Source: a virus (taxonomy: Duplodnaviria > Caudoviricetes). Taken from it: DNA of 58,954 nt. Every line of letters begins with the position of its first letter. Within the stretch, counting starts at the first letter, position 1. The notes beneath the pieces are model-generated. The model was not told the origin of the DNA. It searched no databases and worked only from the letters and a program-made list of their open reading frames with translations. The stretch spans positions 1 through 58,954 of IMG/VR virus record IMGVR_UViG_3300012942_000004. One strand, given 5' to 3'. This document shows positions 34,964 to 43,756 of the stretch, one piece after another. The translations under genes were made by a program, and so were the position numbers.

Positions 34964-35241
34964 CCTACAACTCTCCGGGCGCAAAGGCGCTCAAGTCTGT
35001 CTGTGACGCCGTGGCAGAGCGCGACAGTGATGCACGTGTGCCGCTCCTGCCGCGATCCTGGCGCTTTATGTCGCAGCACAACATTGCTCAAGTTTGCGAA
35101 AACCCGCGCCCGGCTCTGGTTCCGTACCGTGTGTACGGCCCTACCGGCTACTTTTTCGGGTACGTGCACGCGCTGAGCATCGATATGGCCCTTGATCTTG
35201 CCCGTGACTGGCAGGGTCCCACTGTGACTGTCCGCTACTGA
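34960..35241 (+). CDS. hypothetical protein
   Basis: 93 aa; ATGA overlap. Confidence 0.65.
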   Translation: MTYNSPGAKALKSVCDAVAERDSDARVPLLPRSWRFMSQHNIAQVCENPRPALVPYRVYGPTGYFFGYVHALSIDMALDLARDWQGPTVTVRY

Positions 35242-35352
35242 TTGGAGGACACTATCTCGAAACTCACCCTTACCGAGCGCCTTGTCTCTGTCGGCATCGC
35301 CGCAGAGCTTGCCGCCCTTACTGTCATGGGCATCATCATTCTTGCCCGTTGA
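35242..35352 (+). CDS. small membrane peptide
   Basis: (MEDT)ISKLTLTERLVSVGIAAELAALTVMGIIILAR; start ambiguous (TTG 35242 or ATC 35254). Confidence 0.45.
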   Translation: MEDTISKLTLTERLVSVGIAAELAALTVMGIIILAR

Positions 35353-35355
35353 ATC

Positions 35356-35391
35356 GTCCCCCGTTGCCGTATCGGTGGCGGGGGACTTTTT
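35356..35391 (+). terminator. intrinsic terminator ending the early cassette
   Basis: GTCCCCCGTTGCCG-TAT-CGGTGGCGGGGGAC-TTTTT. Confidence 0.85.
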
Positions 35392-35939
35392 GCGTACCCA
35401 CCGTGAGCGCCCCTGTGCGCCCGTCTGACGCGTCAAGATTGGAGGGCTAGACCATCACACTACCCCTACCACCAAATCCTCTCAAACGGGCCCCTGAGGC
35501 CGTACAGGCCTATTTCCGTCCTTGCGACCCTCGCGCCCGTCGATTCCACGCGTCCTGGAAAATACAAACGTTGGTACAAAAACGCTCTGTGCGCCTCTCT
35601 AACGCGTTATACCCCCGTCCTGGCACAATCACCCTACCTAGACGTAAAAGTCGCTCAGAACGGCTCCTACGGCCGCTCAAACACGTTTCTAGCCGACTCA
35701 CCATCCCCCCGTCTCGAACGCCGAAGCTCACACCCGGTACTACAGGCAAACCCGACCGAACCCATTCGCACGATCTCGCACGGGAGTACGTCGAACCCTT
35801 AAAGGGGAGAATATCTCACACAAATTTCAAACCCTCCTGTAGCGCTAGCGCTAGGGGGCAAAAAACTTTTTCAAAAAGCGTGAAAACCACAAAACTCAAT
35901 CCTCTGCAATTCCTATGAATTTCCCAAGAACGGCAGAGA

Positions 35940-36350
35940 GAAAAACAACCTCTCCTACAAAACGAAATCCCTTTATACCACTAAAAATATACCTTACTAT
36001 TATATATTAGGTTTATTTTGGAAGTGACCGATTTCCTACTTTTGTGCACACAACCCGGCACACACCCCACGAACTTGTGTGCAAAAGTTCACATGTGTGC
36101 ACAATTCAAAGTGTAAAGTAATAACGACCACACAAATCTCAAAAATAAGATTATAGTCGTCCTTTTTTGACTGAAAGTCCACTATACGTTTGCACACAAG
36201 TGAAAATAAGCACACATGTGCGGTGGGTGTGTGCCGGGTTGTGTGCAAAGGCACACATGTGAATTGCACACAAATGACGGGGGTGTGTGCCGGATCGTGT
36301 GCACGGCCAACTCCCAGATAAGACCCCTGAATTGCACATCTGTACAACAG
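35940..36350. repeat. AT-rich tract plus GCACAC/GTGTGC repeat array (origin-like)
   Basis: 23-bp perfect inverted repeat 36045-36067/36225-36247; further inverted pairs ACTTGTGTGCAAA/TTTGCACACAAGT and CACATGTGTGC/GCACACATGTG; AT-rich 35970-36020. Confidence 0.7.
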
Positions 36351-36375
36351 GGAATAAGAAATTACAACGAGGTAC

Positions 36376-36404
36376 TTGACATTCCGTGAAAACGGCGCTA
36401 CGAT
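36376..36404 (+). promoter_or_regulatory. SigA-type promoter
   Basis: TTGACA-N17-TACGAT. Confidence 0.7.
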
Positions 36405-36526
36405 AGGGGTGTCGATTTTGACGATTTCCACGTTCAAGGGGGTCCGATTCTGGCATAAAATGCATTCACTCCCGTGCGAATCGCCGGGTAAAACGTAAGA
36501 GGAAATGAAGAGAAAGGGGTTCGATT

Positions 36527-36961
36527 GTGGAACTTGAGCAATTCGACATGCTGGTGGAAAAAGAAGATCGAAACAAGTTCGTGCACATAGAGAAGTCGAT
36601 TAGGGGTGACGAGTATGTCTACCTCGAGGCACCCCTGGTGCAACTCAGGCTTGACGAGGCGGAACTCCTGGCGCAAAAGCTGGTTCAGTTTGTTGACGCG
36701 GCCCGCACTCGCTCACTTCTGACCGAGCCGGTCGATTCTGACGTGGTTATGATTCACTACGTCACCCCTGGCGGTTCCGCGGGGAGGGTCGTTGCTCAGC
36801 GGGGAGGGTCGTTGCTCAGCGGGGAGGACTCGATTCACTGGCGCGTGGGGTTTGACTGGAAGATGGTCATTCGCACCTGGCAGGAGCTGATTGAAGAAAT
36901 CTCCGAGCGCGGCTGGAGCAACATCGAGGTCGTTGAACTGACGACAAAGAAGGGAGAATGA
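36527..36961 (+). CDS. hypothetical protein
   Basis: 144 aa; AAAGGGG SD; contains a 20-bp tandem duplication. Confidence 0.7.
   Translation: MELEQFDMLVEKEDRNKFVHIEKSIRGDEYVYLEAPLVQLRLDEAELLAQKLVQFVDAARTRSLLTEPVDSDVVMIHYVTPGGSAGRVVAQRGGSLLSGEDSIHWRVGFDWKMVIRTWQELIEEISERGWSNIEVVELTTKKGE
36781..36827 (+). repeat. 20-bp tandem repeat
   Basis: GGGGAGGGTCGTTGCTCAGC x2 plus GGGGAGG. Confidence 0.9.
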
Positions 36962-37413
36962 ATATGACGTGGGGTCCTGTTCTAGAGGTGAAACCCGCTG
37001 GGGGTTTCGACGGTGGGGTGGTGGTCTGCTCCAACTCCATTGTGGACGACAGTCACGTGTACTTGAAGGTCGCGAACGAGGAGAACTCGGGTGCAGTTCA
37101 GTTGACCGTGGCGCAGGCGCGTGAGATTGCGCAGGTCATTCTGGACAACACTGTTGCGCCCCCCGAGTGGCCTGAACCTGGAGAGAGTGTGAGTGCAGTG
37201 GTCGTTGAGACGGAAGCAGGTGACGACTTCCTTGTGCGACGTTCGAACGCCGACTGGATGTGGCACCTTATTCCCCTGGGGTTTGGTTTTGCCGACAGTG
37301 AAATGCAGGACGAAACACGGGATTGGGCATCGTGGGTCTCGTTCCTGGAATGGCGCTTCGGCGGCATTGCGTATGTCGCTAAGTTCCAGAACGTGTACGA
37401 AAAGGGGGATTGA
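36958..37413 (+). CDS. hypothetical protein
   Basis: 151 aa; coupled. Confidence 0.7.
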   Translation: MNMTWGPVLEVKPAGGFDGGVVVCSNSIVDDSHVYLKVANEENSGAVQLTVAQAREIAQVILDNTVAPPEWPEPGESVSAVVVETEAGDDFLVRRSNADWMWHLIPLGFGFADSEMQDETRDWASWVSFLEWRFGGIAYVAKFQNVYEKGD

Positions 37414-37415
37414 GA

Positions 37416-37853
37416 ATGGGAAAGATCACAGCACGACAGGTCATTGACACGCTTGAGGAGATTGTCGCCCAGTACGGAGAGGACTACACGTACAAACCTG
37501 TCAACTTTGCGTCCGAGTGTCGTTACAGCACGCCGGAAGGCGAGCCAGACTGCATTGTCGGGCAGGTTGTGTACCGTCTGGTGCCGGACGCGTTCCAGAA
37601 GATTGTCGCCATCGAACGCGAGAACAAGAATTATGGCTTTGGTGTGGCGTGGGACGACTTTCACGGTAGTTTTCCCCAGAACGAAGCTGAGGAAGACTAC
37701 CGGAGTGTCGTTTACGACGCCATGGAGCACTTTGACAGCGAAGCGAACTGCATTCTCACACACGCTCAGCGCGATCAGGATTGCTGTGAGGCATGGGGAA
37801 GTGTCCTTGATGCGGCACGTGAGGCCCTGAAGGGGATGGTCGAGAATGCCTGA
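37416..37853 (+). CDS. hypothetical protein
   Basis: CRY..GEPDCIVGQ..AQ..QD...WG pattern. Confidence 0.75.
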   Translation: MGKITARQVIDTLEEIVAQYGEDYTYKPVNFASECRYSTPEGEPDCIVGQVVYRLVPDAFQKIVAIERENKNYGFGVAWDDFHGSFPQNEAEEDYRSVVYDAMEHFDSEANCILTHAQRDQDCCEAWGSVLDAAREALKGMVENA

Positions 37854-38109
37854 GCACAACCACAGTGGCGAGCCGTCCAGAAGGCATTACAACAACGGTT
37901 GCAGGCACCCGGATTGTCGGGCTGCGGACCAGAAGTACCGCGAGGACTACAGGCGTGGTCGCACGAGGAATACCGCGGCACGAGTGTGGCGCAACCTGGA
38001 ACCGGTGGCGAAGGCGTGGAACGACGAACCGAACGAGGAGAACCAGGCTGTTCTGCTGAAGTACATTCGGCTGGCCGTGAACGGATTTCTAGGAGAGGAA
38101 AGAAAATGA
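37846..38109 (+). CDS. small His/Cys metal-binding protein
   Basis: HYNNGCRHPDCRAA motif. Confidence 0.7.
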   Translation: MPEHNHSGEPSRRHYNNGCRHPDCRAADQKYREDYRRGRTRNTAARVWRNLEPVAKAWNDEPNEENQAVLLKYIRLAVNGFLGEERK

Positions 38110-38684
38110 CGCAGAACGCAGTGTTGCTGAGAAACGTGACAGAACGCAAGCTGGAGGTGGAGCGCACCAAACTGAATGCCCGCGCGAAGGTCGAGGCTGA
38201 GATCGCGCGCGTGGTGGCCGACTACGAGGAAGCGGTCGTCGCCGCCCGGGAGGATGGTTTCGGAGGTACTGCCATTGCCCGCGCGGCTGGCGTGACACCC
38301 CCGACCATCTACGGTATTCTCTCCCGCGCATGGCCAACCTGGCGTGAGGAGACCCGGCGCGGTGAGGCGGATCGCCTGCAAGCCATTCTGGACGACGAGC
38401 ATGCCGACCGTACAAACTTCCGTGCGCAGGATGACGGGTACGCTTTCGACTGGAAGCTTGGTGGCGAGAAGCACACGTTCTTCATTCTCGCCAACCACAA
38501 CGGTTTCAAGTTCCTGGGTGCGGACGGCGAGCCAGACACCGCGTTCACTCAGGAGTTCAACACAGGAGTTCACGGTGACGTGGAGACGCTTCTGAACGAG
38601 TCGATGGAGTGGATTCGTTCACTTGACAACGAGGACGCCAGGCGGTACCTTGAAAGCATACCCACCGACGATAAGGAGGACTGA
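38106..38684 (+). CDS. HTH DNA-binding protein
   Basis: AREDGFGGTAIARAAGVTPPTIYGIL helix-turn-helix. Confidence 0.75.
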   Translation: MTQNAVLLRNVTERKLEVERTKLNARAKVEAEIARVVADYEEAVVAAREDGFGGTAIARAAGVTPPTIYGILSRAWPTWREETRRGEADRLQAILDDEHADRTNFRAQDDGYAFDWKLGGEKHTFFILANHNGFKFLGADGEPDTAFTQEFNTGVHGDVETLLNESMEWIRSLDNEDARRYLESIPTDDKED

Positions 38685-38685
38685 A

Positions 38686-39027
38686 TTGTTCACAAGCAAG
38701 AAGAACCCAGAACCCCGTGAGGAGATCGCACGGGAAGACACCCTGGCGCGTGAGTACTACGGTGAGGTTCTGAAACTTGAGGCTGTGATCGCCCAGACTC
38801 TGCGTGTTTACGCACCCGAGACGTACGCGCAGTACTTTGACGAAGGTGACGGGCCTGAGTACTTCCTCCTTGGCCTTGGAGGCCATCCCCCGCGCGACTA
38901 TTCGGTGTCCAAGTACATTGTGGACCTGAAGGCCTACCTGAAGAACCAGCAGGAGCTTGACGACGCCGTGGAACGCAACAGGCGCTTGTTCCCCGTGCCC
39001 GACTTTGGCGACGGAGAGCCGTTCTGA
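38686..39027 (+). CDS. hypothetical protein
   Basis: AAGGAGG SD before TTG 38686. Confidence 0.7.
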   Translation: MFTSKKNPEPREEIAREDTLAREYYGEVLKLEAVIAQTLRVYAPETYAQYFDEGDGPEYFLLGLGGHPPRDYSVSKYIVDLKAYLKNQQELDDAVERNRRLFPVPDFGDGEPF

Positions 39028-39281
39028 TGGCGCGATTCTTGGCCGTATTCTACGTAGCCTGGTTCGCGGTAGTGATCTTCTGCCTGGGTGGTTTCACGGG
39101 GTCAAGCCTTGCAGATAATGAGGCGAAGGAACAGAAGGCGCACTACGAGCACGTGATTTCTAACTGCCAGGACCTGCTTGAGTTGATGCGCATCTCGGCC
39201 AATGATTTCGCGTCCGGGGATGCGCACCTAGGCGACCTGGTGTACAAGGAAGTCATGGAGCACCGGGGGGATTGCAAGTGA
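39027..39281 (+). CDS. membrane protein
   Basis: N-terminal hydrophobic helix. Confidence 0.7.
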   Translation: MARFLAVFYVAWFAVVIFCLGGFTGSSLADNEAKEQKAHYEHVISNCQDLLELMRISANDFASGDAHLGDLVYKEVMEHRGDCK

Positions 39282-39424
39282 TTGTCTTGACGATCAAGGA
39301 CCCGAACGGTCTGTACCAGATGACGCCGGTTTCGACGGACGATCCTGTTCGTGCGAGACAGATCAAGGCGTTGCACGAGAGCATGGGAGATGTTGTTGAG
39401 TGGTCTGAAGACGGCGCCGGTTGA
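39278..39424 (+). CDS. hypothetical protein (48 aa)
   Basis: Hand-translated MIVLTIKDPNGLYQM...; GTGA overlap. Confidence 0.45.
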   Translation: MIVLTIKDPNGLYQMTPVSTDDPVRARQIKALHESMGDVVEWSEDGAG

Positions 39425-39710
39425 ACTTGACTCGTACACACCAGACCGCGGCGAGCCGACGAAGTGGAACCCGTTCGGTCAGGTGACGGACGGATACACG
39501 CCGTCCACACGCAAGCAACTAGATGACGTGAGACGGTTCTGTGTGCAGCAGTGTGAGGAGATCGGCTGCGATTGTGTTGCCGTGACCGTGAACTGGGTTC
39601 ACCAGTTTCCAACCCGTGTCGTGGTTGACAAGTACGGATTCCTGCGGGATAATGATGGTACGGACTTCAGTTACGACCAGTTCCTTAGGGAATCAGCAGA
39701 ACAGAAGTAG
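39390..39710 (+). CDS. hypothetical protein
   Basis: Part of ORF 39351..39710. Confidence 0.55.
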   Translation: MLLSGLKTAPVELDSYTPDRGEPTKWNPFGQVTDGYTPSTRKQLDDVRRFCVQQCEEIGCDCVAVTVNWVHQFPTRVVVDKYGFLRDNDGTDFSYDQFLRESAEQK

Positions 39711-39736
39711 AACAAAAACGAGAGGAGAGCACAAAT

Positions 39737-41377
39737 ATGCCAACATCCACAAGAGAATACATCTCTGTCAGCATCCCGGATGCGGTTCGGAGATTCAGCG
39801 ATGCGATGGAGAGCCTTTACCCTACTATTTCGACAACAGATTTTGAGCCGTACTTCGAGCCTGTCGGTCTTGCGGATAACCTGGTCGAGTTCCTGGGTGG
39901 AGCGATCACGGTCACAGAAGCTGCCGCGATCAAGAGGGAATGGTACAACGTTCGTCGCGCGCAGTTCCTTAGCTCGAACGCCGAGGAGCGCACCACGATT
40001 GGGATCAACTCTTTCGCTCGATTTCTTGCGGCGAACAGCATCCACATGGAAAGCGATATCGTGTACTGCACGTGCTGCGTGTCCCATATTCGCTTCTCTC
40101 TTATTGTCGAAGGCGGTCGTAACGCGCAGATTCTCAACCTGGGACTCAGGACGCCGGTTCGTGCACGCATTCCGCATTTCGGCCGGGCCTTTGTGGAGGG
40201 CTTCGAGGAGATTTTCGCCCCGATTCTCGGAACCCCACCCCGGGTTGTACGAGGTGGAGCAAGACTGGCTGCGGCAGCGCGCTACCAGCGGCTTCAGCGG
40301 CGCAACAACTGGGGACAGTGGTCGATTCTGGCAGAAAACCACATTCCCCGTCGCGAACTGGCCAAGCCGCGTTCTTCGACAGGGAATTTCACGGCCTTCA
40401 TTGAGGAGCGCAGTGATGTCATTGCGAAGGATACGCGGAATATCATCGACATGATGCCGATCTCCCCGCATGGTTCACTTGCCACCCGCAGGTGGGGCAT
40501 CGAGGTGGAGTGCGTTGCGTCCCAGGGGGTTGAGCGACCGTCAGGGTGGAATCGCAAGTACGACGGGTCGCTTTCCGGCGAGCATTATGTCCCCGACGAC
40601 CATGGTCCCACGAAGATGTTCACCATCGACCCTGTCAATTGCCCCGCACACGACCACTCCGCGTGGTACCGCGAATACTACTCAAGCAGATATGTCGAGC
40701 CAGAGAATTGCGAGTTCTGCGGTGAAGTGGAGTTGACGCAGCGTCAGTACGACGATATCACGAACGACAACGTGGACACGACAGATGGTGCTGCGGAGTT
40801 CGTCTCTCCGATCCTTTCCAGCTATCACTCCCGCGGACTTGAGTCGCTGTTGGAGCAGATCGCGCTACGCCCCTCGAATACGACTCCGGGCATTCACGTC
40901 CACGTCGATGCTGCCGACCTGAACGCGAAGCAGGTTGGTGCCGTGGTGTACCTGTACGGTCTCCTTGACCAGTACCTTGAGCCGCACTACCGGCGTGAAG
41001 AGCGCGAGTACTGCAACTCGTGGGACCCGGCGTGGGTCGCGGACGCCGTCAAGAGCGCCAAGAAAGTTACCCGCAAGGAGAACGTCACATACCCGACGCG
41101 GTACGCGACTGTGAACCTTCAGGCGCTGGAAGATCATGGCACGATCGAGTTCCGTGCGATGGGTCCCGTGTACGCGGAAATGAACGCGGCTGACTCGTAC
41201 CTGTACCTGGTTCGGTGGGCGTCGTTCGTTCGTGAGATCGTCCAGGTTGCATCCAGCGGCGTTCCCATGAAAGAGTTGAACCGGATCAAGAATGTGGACG
41301 ACCTGATCGACATCTTCATCAAGTACGGCAAGGAGTACAACCGGTCGCTTGAGGTCAGCAACGCATACGAAGAGTAG
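39737..41377 (+). CDS. COOH-NH2 ligase-type amidoligase (Amidoligase_2-like)
   Basis: WGIEVE, YDGSL, AEFVSPIL, GIHVHV, RYATVNL and GTIEFR motifs. Confidence 0.88.
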   Translation: MPTSTREYISVSIPDAVRRFSDAMESLYPTISTTDFEPYFEPVGLADNLVEFLGGAITVTEAAAIKREWYNVRRAQFLSSNAEERTTIGINSFARFLAANSIHMESDIVYCTCCVSHIRFSLIVEGGRNAQILNLGLRTPVRARIPHFGRAFVEGFEEIFAPILGTPPRVVRGGARLAAAARYQRLQRRNNWGQWSILAENHIPRRELAKPRSSTGNFTAFIEERSDVIAKDTRNIIDMMPISPHGSLATRRWGIEVECVASQGVERPSGWNRKYDGSLSGEHYVPDDHGPTKMFTIDPVNCPAHDHSAWYREYYSSRYVEPENCEFCGEVELTQRQYDDITNDNVDTTDGAAEFVSPILSSYHSRGLESLLEQIALRPSNTTPGIHVHVDAADLNAKQVGAVVYLYGLLDQYLEPHYRREEREYCNSWDPAWVADAVKSAKKVTRKENVTYPTRYATVNLQALEDHGTIEFRAMGPVYAEMNAADSYLYLVRWASFVREIVQVASSGVPMKELNRIKNVDDLIDIFIKYGKEYNRSLEVSNAYEE

Positions 41378-41450
41378 ACCAGAAAAGCTACAACCGAAAA
41401 GTAGATAAAGAACGTCGCCTTTGTGGTGACAGAAAAGGAGGAAACCAAAT

Positions 41451-42611
41451 ATGTGTGGACTGGGATTTCTGAGTCTGACAAGTGAGAGTACGATCAACCC
41501 GCGAGATTTCACGCACGCGTTGTTGTACGAAATGGAAGACCGCGGATACATGGCGGCTGGATACGCGTACGGTCGAGAGGACGCGGTACCGCGTTACTAC
41601 AAGGACTCGGTCCTGGGTCGTGATCTTGATCTGCGACGCATCCCGACGCATGCTCGTAGTGTGGTCATGCACACGCGGCTTGCAACACACGGTGACGTCA
41701 GCGACAACCGGAACAACCACCCGGTTCTCTCGCCGGACAAGACGATTGCGCTTGCCCACAATGGCGTCATCTGGAACCATGATGATGTTCGCAAGCAGTT
41801 GCCGTACGAACTTCCCGACGTGGACTCGGCCGTTCTTCCGGCGCTGATTCAGGACCAGGGCGTCTCGGGACTTCGGAAAGTGTCTGGGGATGCGGCAATG
41901 CTGTGGCTGGACGCGCAGACCGGCAACGTGATTCACGCGGCACGTCAGGAGCACTCACCACTGTGTCTTGCCGTTCTGGAAGACGGTTCCATGGCGGGCG
42001 CGTCTACGTGGCAGATTCTGTCGAACGCGCTGGACACGATGAGGCTGCAAGCGGTCAGCATGGACTTTCTTGAGGAGTTGCAGTACGTTCAGATTCTGAA
42101 CGGCGAGATCGTCCTGGACCAGGCGCTTGAGCGCAACGTCGGCTTCCACTACGGGTTTGCGGCGTCCACGCGTGGGGCGACTTCTGGCGGAACAGGGTTC
42201 GTCTCGACTGGTTCGTCTTTTTACGACGACTGGCCGGTCGAGGACGACGACATTCCGGACGATTTCACCGACGACCTATGGGGTCGAGAGATTCACGACA
42301 GGGGCGACACGCAGGCGAACTTTTACACCACCGACTACTACGGAAACGAGTTGGTGTTCAACGAGTTCAGCCAGTTGTGCCTGACGCTGGCTTGGTATTC
42401 CGGATTGCACTACGCGGACCCGTTCTGGGAGAACGTGGACGACGACGTGAAGTGGATTGAGCACTTCTCCGACATTGGCGAGTTGACCAAGGACGGACAT
42501 GAGTTGTCCTGGATCAACTTCCCCGACATGCTCAACGGGATCGAGAACAAACCGTCGTGGATTCACGAGGGAATTGGGTACTTGCGTCAGTTGGAAAGGG
42601 CGAGCGCGTGA
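41451..42611 (+). CDS. class II (Ntn) glutamine amidotransferase
   Basis: N-terminal MCGL, RG..AAG, HTRLATHG, NNHP, AHNGVI and VDSA. Confidence 0.92.
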   Translation: MCGLGFLSLTSESTINPRDFTHALLYEMEDRGYMAAGYAYGREDAVPRYYKDSVLGRDLDLRRIPTHARSVVMHTRLATHGDVSDNRNNHPVLSPDKTIALAHNGVIWNHDDVRKQLPYELPDVDSAVLPALIQDQGVSGLRKVSGDAAMLWLDAQTGNVIHAARQEHSPLCLAVLEDGSMAGASTWQILSNALDTMRLQAVSMDFLEELQYVQILNGEIVLDQALERNVGFHYGFAASTRGATSGGTGFVSTGSSFYDDWPVEDDDIPDDFTDDLWGREIHDRGDTQANFYTTDYYGNELVFNEFSQLCLTLAWYSGLHYADPFWENVDDDVKWIEHFSDIGELTKDGHELSWINFPDMLNGIENKPSWIHEGIGYLRQLERASA

Positions 42612-42829
42612 GGTACGCAAAGGTGATCCTCTTCAAGGATTCCGGCAGATACTACACGGAGGAAGAGTGGAGCGTTCCACCGGGCGCAGTTAGCCCATAC
42701 GACATGCGCCATTCGCTTGACTTCCGCAGGATTGGACACGGTGCCGTCCTGGTGCCGTCGCAGGAGCCTTGGGGCTACTCGCACCTTTTCCCACCCGAGC
42801 CGAACCTCCAGGCACGAAACGGATGGTGA
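42608..42829 (+). CDS. hypothetical protein
   Basis: FKDSGRYYTEE motif; GTGA overlap. Confidence 0.65.
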   Translation: MRYAKVILFKDSGRYYTEEEWSVPPGAVSPYDMRHSLDFRRIGHGAVLVPSQEPWGYSHLFPPEPNLQARNGW

Positions 42830-42831
42830 TC

Positions 42832-43014
42832 ATGAGTTACCCGCGTTACGGTTACGTCAACAAAATTGGAAAGGTCCGGGTCCTGGGCTATAGTGGGAAC
42901 GACCACTGGGATGTCCTGGACTCAAGAGACCAGGTGAGGCGAGAGCCGACATACCGAATCAACTTCTGGAAGGAGAACACAAATGCTCGCAACGGTAGCA
43001 GAAAAGACCATTGA
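42832..43014 (+). CDS. hypothetical protein
   Basis: Part of ORF 42769..43014. Confidence 0.55.
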   Translation: MSYPRYGYVNKIGKVRVLGYSGNDHWDVLDSRDQVRREPTYRINFWKENTNARNGSRKDH

Positions 43015-43288
43015 CCCCATCCTGTTCGAGTTGGATTGCGAGGCGGCGCGTCAGGCGCAGTTGTTCGAATGGGTCGTGGAGCACGGCTTCAACACAAACC
43101 AGCCGTTCAGGGTGGAAGACGATGTACTCTTCGGCCAGGAGGACACTCCGAACAAGCCCTCGTTCTTTGAGCCGTTCTCCTCGTACGACTACGCCGAGGT
43201 TGCCGAGCGCGCTGTGCACTACAACGACACGCAGATGCAGTCCGGCTACTACTTGTGGCGGTTCTTTGTGACCCCCGCGAAGTTCTGA
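42983..43288 (+). CDS. hypothetical protein
   Basis: AAGGAG SD, 101 aa. Confidence 0.7.
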   Translation: MLATVAEKTIDPILFELDCEAARQAQLFEWVVEHGFNTNQPFRVEDDVLFGQEDTPNKPSFFEPFSSYDYAEVAERAVHYNDTQMQSGYYLWRFFVTPAKF

Positions 43289-43304
43289 CAAGAAGGAGAG
43301 ACAA

Positions 43305-43754
43305 ATGACGACACCTGAGCAACTGTACACAATGACCGATGAAGAGTTCCGGACTCTGATTGGTGAGAATATTCTTCCCGCAAAACGCAACCGCGACCTG
43401 TGGACGAACATCGAGGAATACCCGCTTCTTCACGCCCCCACACTGGAAGCCCTGAAGTACATTCGGGATTCCGCATCTCGCACGCTGGGTAGGCTGGACC
43501 ACGACCAGGAGTACACCAGGATTCAGTCGTTGCGGCTGTACCTGTCGGGCATTGACAACCACGTTCTGAAGATCAAACTCGTTCAGGCCCGGGCACAGGT
43601 TCGAGAGTTTCAGGACCTCGCTCAAGACCTGTACACGGCACTTGTGGAGGGTGAGCACCCTGACGACGTGAAGGGTTGGGCCGTGTTCTACTCACCAGAG
43701 GATGTTGCAACACTCGGAGAGTGGATCGCGGAGCGCAGTAACGAAGAGGACTAG
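43305..43754 (+). CDS. hypothetical protein
   Basis: AAGGAG SD, 149 aa. Confidence 0.75.
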   Translation: MTTPEQLYTMTDEEFRTLIGENILPAKRNRDLWTNIEEYPLLHAPTLEALKYIRDSASRTLGRLDHDQEYTRIQSLRLYLSGIDNHVLKIKLVQARAQVREFQDLAQDLYTALVEGEHPDDVKGWAVFYSPEDVATLGEWIAERSNEED

Positions 43755-43756
43755 TC

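Noticed and set aside
36040-36310. CRISPR array
   Set aside because: Repeats are short, inverted and irregularly spaced, without unique constant-length spacers; the Cas4-like nuclease is in a recombination context
38106-38684. Lysogeny module (repressor/integrase/ParA)
   Set aside because: Only a lone HTH protein; no tyrosine or serine recombinase, S24 peptidase or partition ATPase motifs recognised
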